Shown: positions 12,011-25,166 of the stretch, piece by piece
Layout of the letters: every line of letters begins with the position of its first letter
Numbering within the stretch: the stretch's first letter is position 1
DNA from: Haplodiscus bocki
Taxonomy: Eukaryota
Length of the DNA stretch: 64,000 nucleotides
Reading direction: 5' to 3'
Assembly (NCBI GenBank): GCA_965655095.1
Contig: OZ296649.1
Coordinates: forward strand, 27,094,001 to 27,158,000
Notes under the pieces: model-generated
What the model was told of the DNA's origin: nothing
Database searches by the model: none
What the model saw: only the letters and a program-made list of their open reading frames with translations
Translations under genes and position numbers: made by a program

Positions 12011-14689
12011 CGAAATACACAAAAAACAATCTCGTTACAAAAATGTTATTCTGAAAAGGGATTGACGTAATTGTTTGGACGGGGCCTTTTGAAAAACACA
12101 GCCAATTAAAGTACAGTTTCTTTGGCGTTTATGCTGCTGACAGTCCTAGATTTGAAAACAATTAATTTTGTCATTTCAGGCCGAACTAACAGGCTCAGAA
12201 GTTATCGGCTACGAAAAAAGAAACAACTATTTGACAATCTCCTTGGTTTATCTTTAACGTTATCCAAAATATTTTGTGAGCGTTTTCCATATGCCGACTT
12301 CGGAGTATCTGAACTCATGAAAGGAGCATTGCGGAAACCATCCATTCTTTTTATGGACTCTTTTGTTTTTATTTTGCTCTACGTGATTCAGTCCGTACTA
12401 TTTCTCAGTCTCATACATCATTGAGTTACATTTGCCACTTTTCTCAAACATTTAACTCGAATAAATATTTAATTTTTACTTTGCCGACGAATCTTCTGAA
12501 GGAATTGAAAATGTTTTGGTAAAAACACCAGTTTAGAAACAAAGAAAAAAAATGAAAACGGATATAGATTAGAAACTTTGAGATTTTTTTTCAGACTGCA
12601 AGAAAAAGATAAAGTTTTTGCTCAGGTAGTAGGGGTCTGAGACATGTGTGAAAGTTACATACCTTTGTACATATTCACATTGCCATCATTGTCATAGACT
12701 CACTTGAGAGATGCGAATCAACCATTTTACTCTTTCCGTTTTGATTTTTTTCGATGCAGGTCGTTGACTTCAAATGGCGGCTGTTTTTGTGCTTGAATTT
12801 GTTTCGGTAGAATGTTTCCCTAGCAAGTTTTGTGGAAAGCGGTCATTTGAAGAAGATTTGTATAAAGAAACACATCTGGAAGGTCCAGTTTGAGCTTTGG
12901 TGAAAGGCACAACTGACACAAAAATGGACTTCCTTAAAATTGAGACTTGAGTTATTCCATAGTTCCGACAACAGAAGGAGTGACTATTGGTCTGAGTTAG
13001 ACGGGTCTTACAGTTGTTGACACAGCAGATTATGGTTTCTGATCATAATGAAAAGAAGGGACACATTATCAAAATCGACCCATTCAGGTGTGAAACTGAT
13101 GAAAGTAAAATCCGCGTTCAAACAAAACGGACCTTTTCATTGTCCAATATAAAACAGCTGCAGCTGCCAAAGCAAGTCTTCGATACCGCTAGAAATTGTG
13201 CTGAACCGACTTTTGATTGAAATTATTATACTTGGCCCAATTATAAAAAAGTGCCAGACAAAAAAATATCAGACAATTATCAATACCTGAGGTTCTGAAA
13301 CCAGTGAAATTCCAATTTGGGGTTTTTAATCAGTCATAACTGAGACTAAATCAGTCAGAATGAGGACATGTGACGTTTACAACCAAACTTTTGTCAATTA
13401 ATTGAGTTTGACAAAACACTGAAGAAATGTCCGCGTAGTTCCTCCCTACGCTCAGGTAATAGAAAGCACAAAATGCAATAAATTTGCACTCACGGTAGAC
13501 TTCATGACATATGAATTCAGCAAATGTTAAACCGAGATGGAAGTTTTGTGCAACTGTTGTGGACTAGGATATAACAACTAAGGGGAGTTCTACCAACATA
13601 TTGATAAAAAACACGATGTGCGTCTTCCAAAAGGTCTCAAGCGAGAACGAACACTGGCTATTGCATCAGCAATCAACGGTGCACTCCTCGTGTAGACTAT
13701 TTTTGGATAGATTGCAAAAGACTTCTTCCAAGTCATGACGGACACCGATTCTCAAATTGATAGCTTGGTATCGGAAAACGTAACTTTTACTTCTCCCAAG
13801 AGGCAGTTTTTGGCAAAAGCGGAGCTTTCACAGTCAACCAGGGAAGAACATATATCACTTTTTCTAAGATTAAACTTCCAGCCCGTGTATAAGTTCAGTA
13901 TCTCACAAACGAATTTTCTGGCAGTTGTAGACAAAATGTTCAACTTCACAGCCCTGGAAGTGGTTGGTTATTGGACAGCGTAGATGAGAATAGATTAAAC
14001 TTCCCTCACTCAACCACAAAAGAGGATAATGGTCTCCACCATCACCACCAATACTGGCTGCCTCACCGTTACTAATAAACATTCGTAACCGTCATGTCCA
14101 CAACTGTTTCCTTTAACGCTTCACTGCAGCAGGGAACTTGAAGGACGGACCATTAGTGTACGTTGCGAGCGGCAAATGAATGCGGAACTGACCGGAACCT
14201 AGCAAATACTCGAAACAAATCTGTTTACCAATTCAAGTGCTCTAAATATTTCACTTTTCGATGGATTTCGGTCAAATGCTTAGATTTGAAGGACTGAACC
14301 ATTGCCGGATATGTGTTTCCTGCTATATAGATAAAGAATTGACCCCTGAGAGTATCAAAAAACGCAGAAAATGACCTGGAAGTGGACTTAGTGCTAGTTA
14401 ACGATGGCAATGAGTATCAATATGTTCTAAATACAGACATCCTTAGACTTGTGGTCGTAGTTCAAAATACAGCAACATTTTTCGATAGGGTTTTGTGACG
14501 TAACTGTTTTCAAGTTTGCATGAAACAAGACATTTTTACCGTCATCGGGTTAGCTGAATGAACAGTGAGCACGCAATATCCAAACTGCCAAAGCGCAATA
14601 AAAATCGAATTCGAAAGCATGCCATAAAGTTGATTTGCTCCGTTAGGGTCGCCTTCCGCCGGACTACTACAACTCCAGAGACTTTTAAT

Positions 14690-17600
14690 GACTTTTCTTA
14701 ATTGACACCTCTCCAGAAAAAAATTCATGATCAAACACTGCAACTTCAGAGAAAAGAAAAAAGGATACTAAAATTCATGAATCGGATAAAGCGGAATTTT
14801 TGAAAAAAACTTTCATGGGAAAATTGTGTCCTAAATGTTGACCAAAAAAGGCAACTTGAGGATTTTCTGGTTGAATACCACGATGTGTTTGCCAAACAAT
14901 GCTTCGATGTGGGTTATAACATAGAGCTCAGATTCAGACGAACACCTGAACACCCACTTCCGGTGTATGTTCGAGGTCCACCAGCTCCATTCCACTTACG
15001 TAATGAAGTTTTGATTGAACTTGCATTGTTACAAAACTTTGACATTATAACAACGCTCTCACATTCCAAAGACTGTAGTCGGATACTTGTTTATCACAAA
15101 TCATCAGGTAAACTGAAAGTTCTTATTGACTTGCGTCACGTGAACCATCTCCTACGCCTTGAATTTTTAAATAGTAACTTTCCCATTTCAAATAAGACCG
15201 ATGCCACAAATCACTTCGCCGAAAAAACTTCGTTTTGTAAACTACATTGTTGACAAGCATACCATTGTGTTCAGATGACAGATGATCTTCAGTTCTTTTT
15301 TTGGCATTTAACTTCGCTTCTCGAACATTCGCGAAGGCTAAACAATTGTTTAGCTGAAGGCTTGAATAAATCTTTCACGGGATTTAGTTCCTTCGTCAAG
15401 CACTACCTTGACCCCTGCCTACAAGCGTTTGTTTGTACGCAATTCATGGGCGATATTGCTGCCGGGGCGCATGTTTTTGATGAAATGGTTCCAGCACTAC
15501 GCGAAACATTTGATTGTTTGAGAGATTCGGGTCTGAAGCTTTCAGCGCATAAATGTGAATTTGGCACGACGAAAATTGTTTACTTAGGTAGTACAATTAC
15601 TCCAAAGTAATATCACCCAAAATTGCAAAAATTGTGAAATTTTGGGCGAAATCAGAATGCCAAATACAGTAAAACAAGTCAAACGCCTAATTGGCTTCGT
15701 GCATTTCTTCCGAAATTTTATTCCTAATCTTAGACAGAAACTTTGGCCATTCTACAAACTTTTACGCAAAGAAAACGTTTTTACATTTACGAACGATCAT
15801 CAGGAAAAATTTGACACAATGAAAGATGACTTAACACGTGCTACAGATTCAACGTTACGTTTAGCTAAACCAGGCCTCCCCTCCAGTATATCATCCTTTG
15901 TGGTGCTAGTTTCCATGGCCATGCATTTGTGTTAATGATTGAAGATTACTTCACTGATCAAAAAAGTAAAACAAAGAAAACTTACGCCCCAGTATCTTTT
16001 GGTTTGAGAAATTTTACAAGAACTTAATTGGTTTTTTCAGTGTATTATAAAGAGTTTCTAGCTCCGTTTTTTGCCTTAGACCATTTTTTACACTTCATCT
16101 GGTCGCCACAAAAGCTGTTCTGGTTTTAACTGGCCATAGAATGTTGACGCATTCTTTTCAGTCTAAAAACATTCATCCATTCCAATGGAATTGCTTCGAT
16201 AGAGTTTTGTCTTTCAATATTTCACTTGCGCTTATTCCAGGGAAAGCAAACCCTGCTGCTTAATTTTTTTCACGGATGCAAACGGATCCCAACTTAACCT
16301 TACAGATAAAACTTATGGATCACGTCCCCATTCGTGAAATTGAAATAGAAACGGAAGCAAAAGCACCGAAAGTCTATTTGTCGAACATTAATGAAGTTGC
16401 GCCATTTTCTGAGGAACTACACCTTGTGGTCGATGAGCAATTCATCACTCAATTGAAGGCACACGGCCTCTAAGGCCAATTTATAGCAAAACAACCTCGC
16501 GACGACCCGGATAATCGTTTAACGGGCTTTTTCTTTCTTTCATCACTTCCGCAAGTAAACCTGATTGAAACTAACGAGTTTGAAGACTTTTTGAATGATT
16601 TACCGAATCGAACACAACCCTTTGACCTAATGCAAAAACAACAAAACGATGAAGTTATCCAAGAGGTGGTTTCATGGAAATATCGAGGTAACCCCGATGA
16701 ATCACCAAAATTACCGTCAGCATTACGGAAGTATCGAAAACAGTTTAACGGCCTAGTTGTTGAAAATAATTTTTTTCATCATTCATTCTATGATGACTGT
16801 GGTAAAGTAAAATACAAACAGTTCTGTTTACCAAAAACGCTTCGGCGTGAAGTTGTCTTCCGCCTCCATATTTCAAAAACTACCACACATTTTGGCATTG
16901 CCAAAACGTTGGAAGAGTCTTGAAAAAGATCCTAGTTTCCCAATTTCAACGATTTTTTCTATTTTTTTTTCAGTTAAAAACTGCCTTCTTCTTTTCAACT
17001 TAAACGCGTACCGTCAAAGTTTTTGAAAACACCTATACAGTTAGTATCGTCCCCACATTCGTATCCTGGCGAAACATTTCAAATTGATCTTGTTGGACCG
17101 TTGAAATCACCAGGTCACCGTTATGGGTTGACAGCTATTATTATATTTATAAAATGTTTGTTCGCTGTCCCTTTGACAAATGTCAGAGCAGACACAAGTG
17201 CGCGTGAACTTACGTCAATCTTTATCCCACATAGTTCAAAGTTATTTGCCAAACCAATTCTTTTCGACCTAGGATCTTCATTTGTTTCAGAACTTTTGCA
17301 TGAATTTCAACTAGACCATGCCAGTTTAGAACATCCACAAACTGTGGGTGTTGTTGAACGCTCTCATAGCGCTTTTAAACGTATTCTCAAATTGAATACT
17401 AATGAACAATGGAACGATCGATTCAAATACGTACAGTTAGCCACTCTTATCCACAACACTTCATATCACTCAGCATTTGGCTGTAGTCCTACAGTTTTTT
17501 TCCACGGGCGCCAACCAAAAAAACCATTAGACCTCAGATTCAAAAACACTTTAATTGAATGCTTTTCTCCGAATAGTGAATACGTTTTTGCCCTACAAGA

Positions 17601-17940
17601 TGCAATGAACAAGAAATTTAAGTAAACAAAAATCAAATTAACCGAAACGTACAATAAACACAGAGCTTATTATGATTGCAAAGCGTAAGCTAAGCTGTTA
17701 GCTCTTTCCACCAACTGTCTTTTACCTAATCCAAAACTGATGACACAGTCTGATTTTGCGAGTAAATCGTTGCTATTCTGGCTTCCCCTTTATCGTATTG
17801 AGAAAAGTGTGACAAACTCTAATTACTTCATTCGCAAAATTAGCACGAAGTACACAGAATGTGTCCACAGAATTCGCTCGAGACCTGTGACCCCACAAGG
17901 TCGCCTTGAAGATCTAACGGTCATTAATTTCAAAAAAATT
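14690..17940 (+). pseudogene. Gypsy pol: RT, RNase H, integrase
   Basis: GKLKVLIDLRHVN, FCKLHC, AEGL, TQFMGDI (eroded Y/FxDD), KCEFG...YLG, VKRLIGFVHFFRNFIP; RH YAPVSFG; INT QIDLVGPL / ILFDLGSSFVS / GVVERSH (D,D,E). Confidence 0.9.
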
Positions 17941-19039
17941 CCAAAAAGACCCATCGTTGGACCACTATCGTGATCAACCAACGTTGCTTGATGAAAGTTT
18001 TCCTTTTTTGTTGGAACCTCCCACCACAGTGGTTGCAACACAAAATGTGACGGGAGATCCACCACCTGTCACTGTTAGTCTTCGTCTTCCGATCAGTCCA
18101 ACGCCCGTACCAGTCGGACTGGCAGCGGCACCGACTCCAATACCTCTACCTGCTGTGGCAGCGGCCCCAGCTTTGGTGGCCCCTGACACCGCAGATGTTG
18201 AAGCACCCGAGCCGCAAGTTTTAGAGCGACCTTACCATCCTACTCAGGATGTTCGATGTTCTGCTAGCTCAGATGATTCGTCTATCAATGATCCTTCATT
18301 ACACGCTCGAACGCTACGGGACACTCCTACTTACATGAAATCAGGTGGGCAAAAACTACCAGCCGAGGCAATAACTACTGACCGGAAATCTCCACTGCGC
18401 CCTCTTTCACATTTGCAAAGTTCCCATGCAATTAGCAGCGCTGGTTCTGAAAGTTCTTTGAATGACTCCCCAAGAAACATTTCTAATGCATTTGAAGTTG
18501 AGCGAGGACCACTCCTGGAACCTCAATCTTCGGAGTTCATGCCCCCTGTTGATCAAGGCAACATAACAGTTTTCCCCAATCGTCTTAAATACAAGGCAGA
18601 TGGTGACAACTCAGTTGATATTACGCTTGAAAAATCCATGTACCTCCAAAATTCTTGTACTACTGTTACACCTGAAAGGCAACAGACGCAATCTTCTAGT
18701 ACAGCCTTGCCAAAATCTTATGATCTCCGCCCAGGCTACCACCTCGGGATTATCATGAGAAAGTGAATCAAAAGAAAATGACGCCTAAAATGCGCTGTAT
18801 TCCGATTAGAGAGTCGGCTGCCTCAGCAAATCAGCTGACCCAGAGTCAAAAACGAGACATAATTATTGATTCGTGTCAACGAACACGAAATGTTCAAAGT
18901 ATTTCTGATGTTCATGAAAAACCCATACATGCATAGTACTTACACCAATTTTAGACATTCGGCGCAGTCCACGCCACCATGGTATTCAGAACGCCAAAAG
19001 GAAGTAAAAAACGCAGTCACTGAATCAAATGTATACCCA

Positions 19040-19440
19040 AAATTTTGTTTTTCGCAGTCAAATATTCTCAGAGCCACTACACGCATAGCACACTGTGTTC
19101 CTTTGGATTTTGCTATGGGCAGAAGCTTAGCCTGCTGCTATCCTGAGCTTCAAGATCTGAGAAACTTAACAATTAATAACTTTCCAGCGGGCTCTTTAGT
19201 CACTGACTTTGGTGAACGACATCAACGTTTTATTTACAATTAGGTGAGAAAAGGACAACTTTTTCGCAAAACTCCCTGTTTTAAGGCAACACCTGACGCG
19301 CCATGATATTCATGAATTAGCAATTCCTAAACTTGGTGGTGGCTATGACCAAATACATTGGGCAGCATTTTTTTCGATTTTGTTCAAACTTCTTTTTCTG
19401 GTTCAAACCTTAAGATAACGATATTTCAACCTTCACGATA
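19040..19440 (+). pseudogene. TARG1/OARD1/Poa1p-like macrodomain at the pol C-terminus
   Basis: SNILRATTRIAHCVPLDFAMGRSLA...GSLV...RFIYN*VRK...LRQHLTRHDIHELAIPKLGGGYDQIHW...ILFKL. Matches the TARG1 pattern LAHCIS.D..MG.GIA...RYIYYLITK...L.MPRIGCGLD.L.W. Confidence 0.75.
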
Positions 19441-20826
19441 ACCTAACATGCCTCCTTAATGTTTGATTTGTAGACTTAGTTTGATTTGGCTGAAAAACTA
19501 CACAAACCTGATTTTGAGCTTCACAGGGAAACTCTCAAGGTCAAAAGGTCATAGCGACCTATCCTTGTGACAAATACTTTACAATTTGCTCTATAACATG
19601 AATATATGATCCGATAGTGGATCCGAAAATTTTTTTTCGCGTCCATCGACCACCTAATGAGTTTTCTAAAAATTCACTAAGATGACTCACTTTTCATGTC
19701 AAAAACCGCAGATTTTACAATAACTCTTGTGTAGACTCGTCCCTAGTGCGCCCCACTACTTGTCACTTCTGTATAAACCCTAGACAGTTCTCATACTTTA
19801 CCTTAGTCTCTGAAATTGAATGAATAATGATGCCAAATGGTGACTGAGTCTTTTTCACTTAACCTTGACCCCTGAGTTCCTTTTGATTACGACCATCGCG
19901 GCCAGGCACATTCAAACTCTTCATTTTTTGCCTCATGCGGTTTTTTATATGACTTGTCTTCCTTATAGTAGAAATATAGATTTCCCAGGTCAAAGCATCA
20001 TCATTTCAACACTTCTTACTCCTCAATGAGCCAATTGATCAGTGGCTCACAGTGAAAGGCTTTGTATTTTGCGGAAAGTACCTATTGCACAAGGAACGTC
20101 TCACCTCTCTTCATTCCTTTTCCTTCTGTTGATGCATATCGTATCCAACCGCACCCATTTTCGTTTTGTCAGAAGACCAAAAGATCGTATCCTAAGTACT
20201 CTGCGGTTCCCAACATCTAAATGGAATCCTGAAGTTTTACCTTGTCTGACCTTTGCTTTTGCCCGTATTCATCTTACTTACCCACGGCTCCCCGATTGAT
20301 GTTTTGGAATTACGCACTGCCTCAATCTCCCACGGCTTTATTGTATATCTTAATTGTTAGAGACATTCATCCTGAAATGTCTTTACCCTCATTTCGTATT
20401 TTCCCTAGATCACTGGCATTTTTTCCTTATCTATAGACACGTTTTCACTGTTGTCTGTCGTGTACGACTCTGCCTATAGTTTGGTATAGCGTTGTGGACT
20501 TGCCGCTGTTTTCCCCACCAACAGGTAGTAAATCGTTGAAAACCAAGACAAACGACTTCCCAGTGCCAACTCAGATTTACAGCCGACCTCTGGGGGCTCT
20601 CCAAGACCAACGATTTGGCTTCCAGTATAATCGTCCGGCACACGTACATGAGTCAGTCCTAGTTTACTACACAATCGTATCCGTGTCATTTTGGAGTCAC
20701 ATATTGATTGTTGCCATTGATGACCTTGATGGTCCAGCCAAAAACACTGAAGACATTTATATTTATACCTGAAAATCTTTCAAATACACCTTTCTACTCT
20801 CTTTATCAAACACATCGTACCAATAC

Positions 20827-21491
20827 TCACAACTTGCAGGCTCTTTCCTGTCCTACAAAGATCGGTGCTATCACGAAACCTAGATCACTCAGGGCTTTTC
20901 GTAAGACTTTTGTCGTCCTCACGTGTTTCTTCCCTTCGTATTGTATGGGTTCCAATACATTCTCCAGTTGCTCCATTGTCGGAACCTCAGACTCCTTCCA
21001 TAGCAGCCCACCATCTCCGCAGTTACTGTATTCACTAATGTGATATTGTCGGTAAATCATCTCTTCAGCTCTGAGGATCAGATTGTCAAGTGATTTTTCA
21101 GTCACCATTTTGCAAATGGCCTTGTACATCAAAGGTTCCTTGATTTCTAAAAGCGAAAAAACGAGAAAACCAAAAACATTCTTGTTGACCAATATCCAAC
21201 TTTCCTTCGTTGCTCCATTTTTCGGTCATACCTTTTTTCGTTTAGTTTATCATTCCAATTTTGATACCTAACCTCAACGCCATTTCGTTTTTGTTTTCTT
21301 ACATCGGACAGTGCACTTGCTAATTCAATCAAATTTAGTTCAGAACATAATGTTCCAACACCTATGTTTCTTTTCATACAAACTAACGTTTGTGCCAGAT
21401 AAATAACACACGCCTTTTTGTCTACATCAACGGTTTTACAAGATTTGGCTCCTTTTTCACTTTGCTGACACTTTTTGATCACACCTGTCAA
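20827..21491 (-). pseudogene. Antisense accessory ORF of unknown function inside the Gypsy element (two overlapping frames, probably one frameshifted gene)
   Basis: 114 aa and 121 aa overlapping minus-strand ORFs with protein-like composition, between the macrodomain and env. Confidence 0.4.
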
Positions 21492-22801
21492 TTTTGTTTG
21501 CAGGCAAGTTGCCTCATTTCATTTCTCCTTCTTCACGACAATACGACTTCTTTAACTATCTCATCAATTATGCTCATTGAATTGGAATTCGCAATCCATT
21601 TTCAATGGATATCTATGCACAATGCTCTTAGTTTAAATGTCATCCGTATCAAATACGATTCAGAAGGCAACCTGTTCATGACGCCTATCAATGGGGATCT
21701 TCTCACACTCTACGTGGTGCATGGTAAGTGGTTCGGGTTCACCAATCTTGTACACTCAAAAAGCTGTACAACCCCTAATTTTGACGGCATTAGAGGAATT
21801 ATCAACTTCCACAAAGTCAAACTGAAGTTGAAAAAAGTCTTCAAAAACCTTGAATAACTTTCCTGGCTTGAGTAAAGCTTTACACAATCTTCTTCGGATC
21901 GTTTTAATTAAAACCTATCGCCTATTCAAATCTTCAATCTAGTTTTTAGGCCTTATTAACGCATACCGAATCTCTACTCTAGTTTTTTTTGTCTACGTTT
22001 GAAGAGTACGCGGTTTTGTTGGCAAGTGTTCAACTACAAGTAATTTAAGAATCATAGAACAACAAAAAAAAACAAATGAGTTTTCCAGTTTTCGGTACGT
22101 GGAACTAATTAATTTGTGACTGCTCCATTCTGCTCTCTTTTCAACTAGTTTTCAATCTATCATATGTCACGTACGAAACGGTAAACGCAAAACGCAATAA
22201 CGTAATACAGGTGACAATCTATTCCAGCAATTGTTCCAAAAACTTTTGACACAATACTGGCCACTGACATTTCTTTCGTTGCATGCTCTGTTTGAATTGG
22301 CCCGCAAATAACAGGTTTCTTTTTTGTTCAGATTAATTTGCCAGGCCGACTCCGGATAGCGGAGCCATTCTGGCAGCATAACACTTCATGCTGCCTCCGG
22401 GCCTTTAACTCACAGACTATCTCCACTCCAATTATTGTCACCAAAATGACACATGCAAGGTGGCAAAATTTCATTTTGAGCTGAAAAACTTGAAATCAAC
22501 TTTAAGTTTTGTCAGAACGTTGAAAAAATGCCTTGAAGCTTCCATGGGCCCACTTTGATTTTTTTTGCAAACATTCGAGTCGAACATTTCTTCAAAAGCT
22601 ATGATCTTTTCAAAAAATGTGACATCCTGTTTAAATGTCACGGTATCTTTGATCAAATACTTATATCAACGACCTTTGGTAACAACGCTGAACCGGCGAC
22701 TTTTAGAAATTTTCGACGGTTCGTAAAATTTTTTGCTGACATTTTGGGTCCTTCTTTTCAATTCGAACTTGAAGTCGCTTCTGAATTATAAACTTTTGAT
22801 C

Positions 22802-25166
22802 CTGAAAACAAGCTCTTTTTTTCTTACTCCTCACTCTTGCTTCTGTTCAAACTGATTGGGCTTCTACCATCGAAGCCGCAACGAATGCCGACGATCTTTT
22901 TGAAAAAGGAATTTTATTCAATGAAGTCAGTAAAAACTTACTGACAGAAAAGTTTATTCGCGTAGTTTTCCTTGTACCATTTCCGACATAGGACTTTACA
23001 ATGAAGCTGGACGTTGAACGAATGATTCAACAACCTACCAGTATGAAGAAAACTCCTCTGCTTTTTTGCCCATTGAATTTATCAAGCCAATTTGCGACGA
23101 ACACTTCTGGACTCAATGTCCATTGGATGTTACATCAGATTGATAATGAAATTTCACAGCGCAACCAGATTTTGCGCTTATTCGTAACGAAACCACTATG
23201 TTCCTAAAGCAGCCTCAGCCTACTAAGTCTACTCGCCAACGTCGCGGCGCTGGTGCCGGTGTCGGCCTAGCTGCCCTTGCCACTGTTGGACTTCCCGGTG
23301 GGGGACTTTATGTAGGTGGTTCCGCTTCTTGTGGTTTGAAAGGGATTTTTGGTAATTGCCAAGAAAAATCCAAAACAAATGCGGGAAATGGCCGCTGCTT
23401 CGCCGATTTTCAAAATTCTCGTTCTGATTATGTTACGTAATTTATGACGAACACCGATGAAAAACTCTTTCTTGTCGAAAATAAACTAGCGGCTCTTAAC
23501 GCTATTCAATCCGAAATGGCCGCGACCCAAGAGAAGAATTGGGTCATCATTCAAGAGCAATTGGCTAATTAAGAACAATTTTTTCATATTTTACGTGACT
23601 GTGATCAACTTTTATTCGGTAACCAGCAACTTAACTTCAATTTTGATACCGTTTCTTCTTTACTTTATATGATTCATGCCAAGGTGGGAAATTACTGTTC
23701 TGCTTTGTTTGCTTTTCGCATGGACATTTTAAATTCGATTCCTGTTTTGCTCAAAGGACTTTTGCCGATATCGCTTATTACTATGGAGTGGCTCCTAGCG
23801 ATCATGGATGATGTCAGTCTTCGGAAACCAAAAGCTGAAGATCGCTTCACTGTTGCTCTACCGGCGAGTGATCTATTGTCCTATTTTGATTCTCGCTTGC
23901 TCGTTGACGCTATTACGGTATCAGAAGGACTCCTATTGACAATTAACATACCGCCTGCTTCGCAGCAAACTGTTTTTACACCTTTTGAAACAACACGTAT
24001 TCCGATGCTTTTTCCAGACGATCCTCAGACGGCTCTTACGTGGAACATCGAAGCTCCAAATTTAGCTCTTTCTGAAAACAAACTTGAATCGTCCGTCTTA
24101 TCTGAGGAACAGTTTGAGCACCGCCTCGGTTCGTCGAAGTACCGAATTTGCTCTGATGCTTTCCAACGCAGATAGGACACCCTTATTGCATTGGAGCAAT
24201 GTAGTTTTTTTAATCCTATTGATGCACTAGCTGTTTTTGAAACTACTGCTATCACCTTACCTAGTATTGAACAAGCTACGAATCATGGTTTTGCTAACTG
24301 GCTTATTACATCTGCAAATGCTGATTTCACGTTCCGTGGATCACCATCATTAGCAACATCATCCTCTTCAAGATCATTTGCTGGTTGTCATATTTGCAAC
24401 ATTACCTTTGCTTGTGGAATGCAAATTCACACGGGACATATAATCACAAGATAAGATCTTGCTTCATGTTCGACCATTCCGGCAATTAAATTGCAATTAT
24501 CTTTGCCGAATCTGCTTGAATCGTTGATCATGCAAGTCCCCCCGTTAGACGAACTACCCTTATATACATCGAAAGCAATATCAGGAGTGACTCTTGGAAA
24601 AGCGGTGCGAAAGAACCTTAGAAGCAGTGTAACCGTCCGCCAAGTCAATCAATTGGTGGAAATAAATCGTCCGTTCGCACAGGACATGAAACTTTTGAAA
24701 CCCTCACTGACCCGTGAATTTAATCAATATGTACCTTTCAAGATGTCTTGTAACTTGACAGTGATGGTTGGGTTTCATCGTCTCAACAGTGGTACACCTT
24801 GTTTTCTTGTATATTTATCACAGGTTTAATCTTAGAGACTGTTTTTTACCAAAATTGTTGACAAAAAATAGCACTATTAGACCGGTGCTTCAAGTTCCTG
24901 AGGAATGTCCACTCAACCTTTCACAAAAACCTTCAAGACGTTTTCTCCTGATTAGCCATAATCCAAAGTAAAAATCAGAGACACCTCCGAAAGTACCTCA
25001 AAAAACCTCTATTCAAGCCGCGTTATCTTTATCTGCTGCCTCCGAACCCTCTTATGCTAAAACACCACGGTTCGTTCTAACTGACACGACGCCCAAACAG
25101 GAAAATGTTTATGCATCAATTGATAAAAACCGTAACACCGAAACGATGACCATATGGTTGACTTGA
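22802..25166 (+). pseudogene. Envelope-like glycoprotein (class I fusion protein architecture)
   Basis: Signal-like KQALFFLLLTLASVQT; furin site RQRR (23234-23245) directly followed by GAGAGVGLAALATVGLPGGGLYVGG; heptad-like LFLVENKLAALNAIQSEMAATQEKNW; Cys-rich ectodomain; TM-like VMVGFIVSTVVHLVFLYIY; cytoplasmic tail. Several stops and frameshifts. Confidence 0.8.

Larger units (their letters stand above)
5700..13600 (+). mobile_element. Decayed Polinton/Maverick-like (adintovirus-like) element: morphogenesis plus integrase module
   Basis: Co-oriented relics of packaging ATPase, DDE integrase, minor capsid, core protein and major capsid (see sub-features). Outer limits are approximate; no pPolB or TIRs recognised. 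Confidence 0.7.

Noticed and set aside
17957-18766. 269-aa Pro-rich ORF as an independent host gene
   Set aside because: It continues the integrase tail by frameshift and precedes the macrodomain, so it is a low-complexity pol linker.
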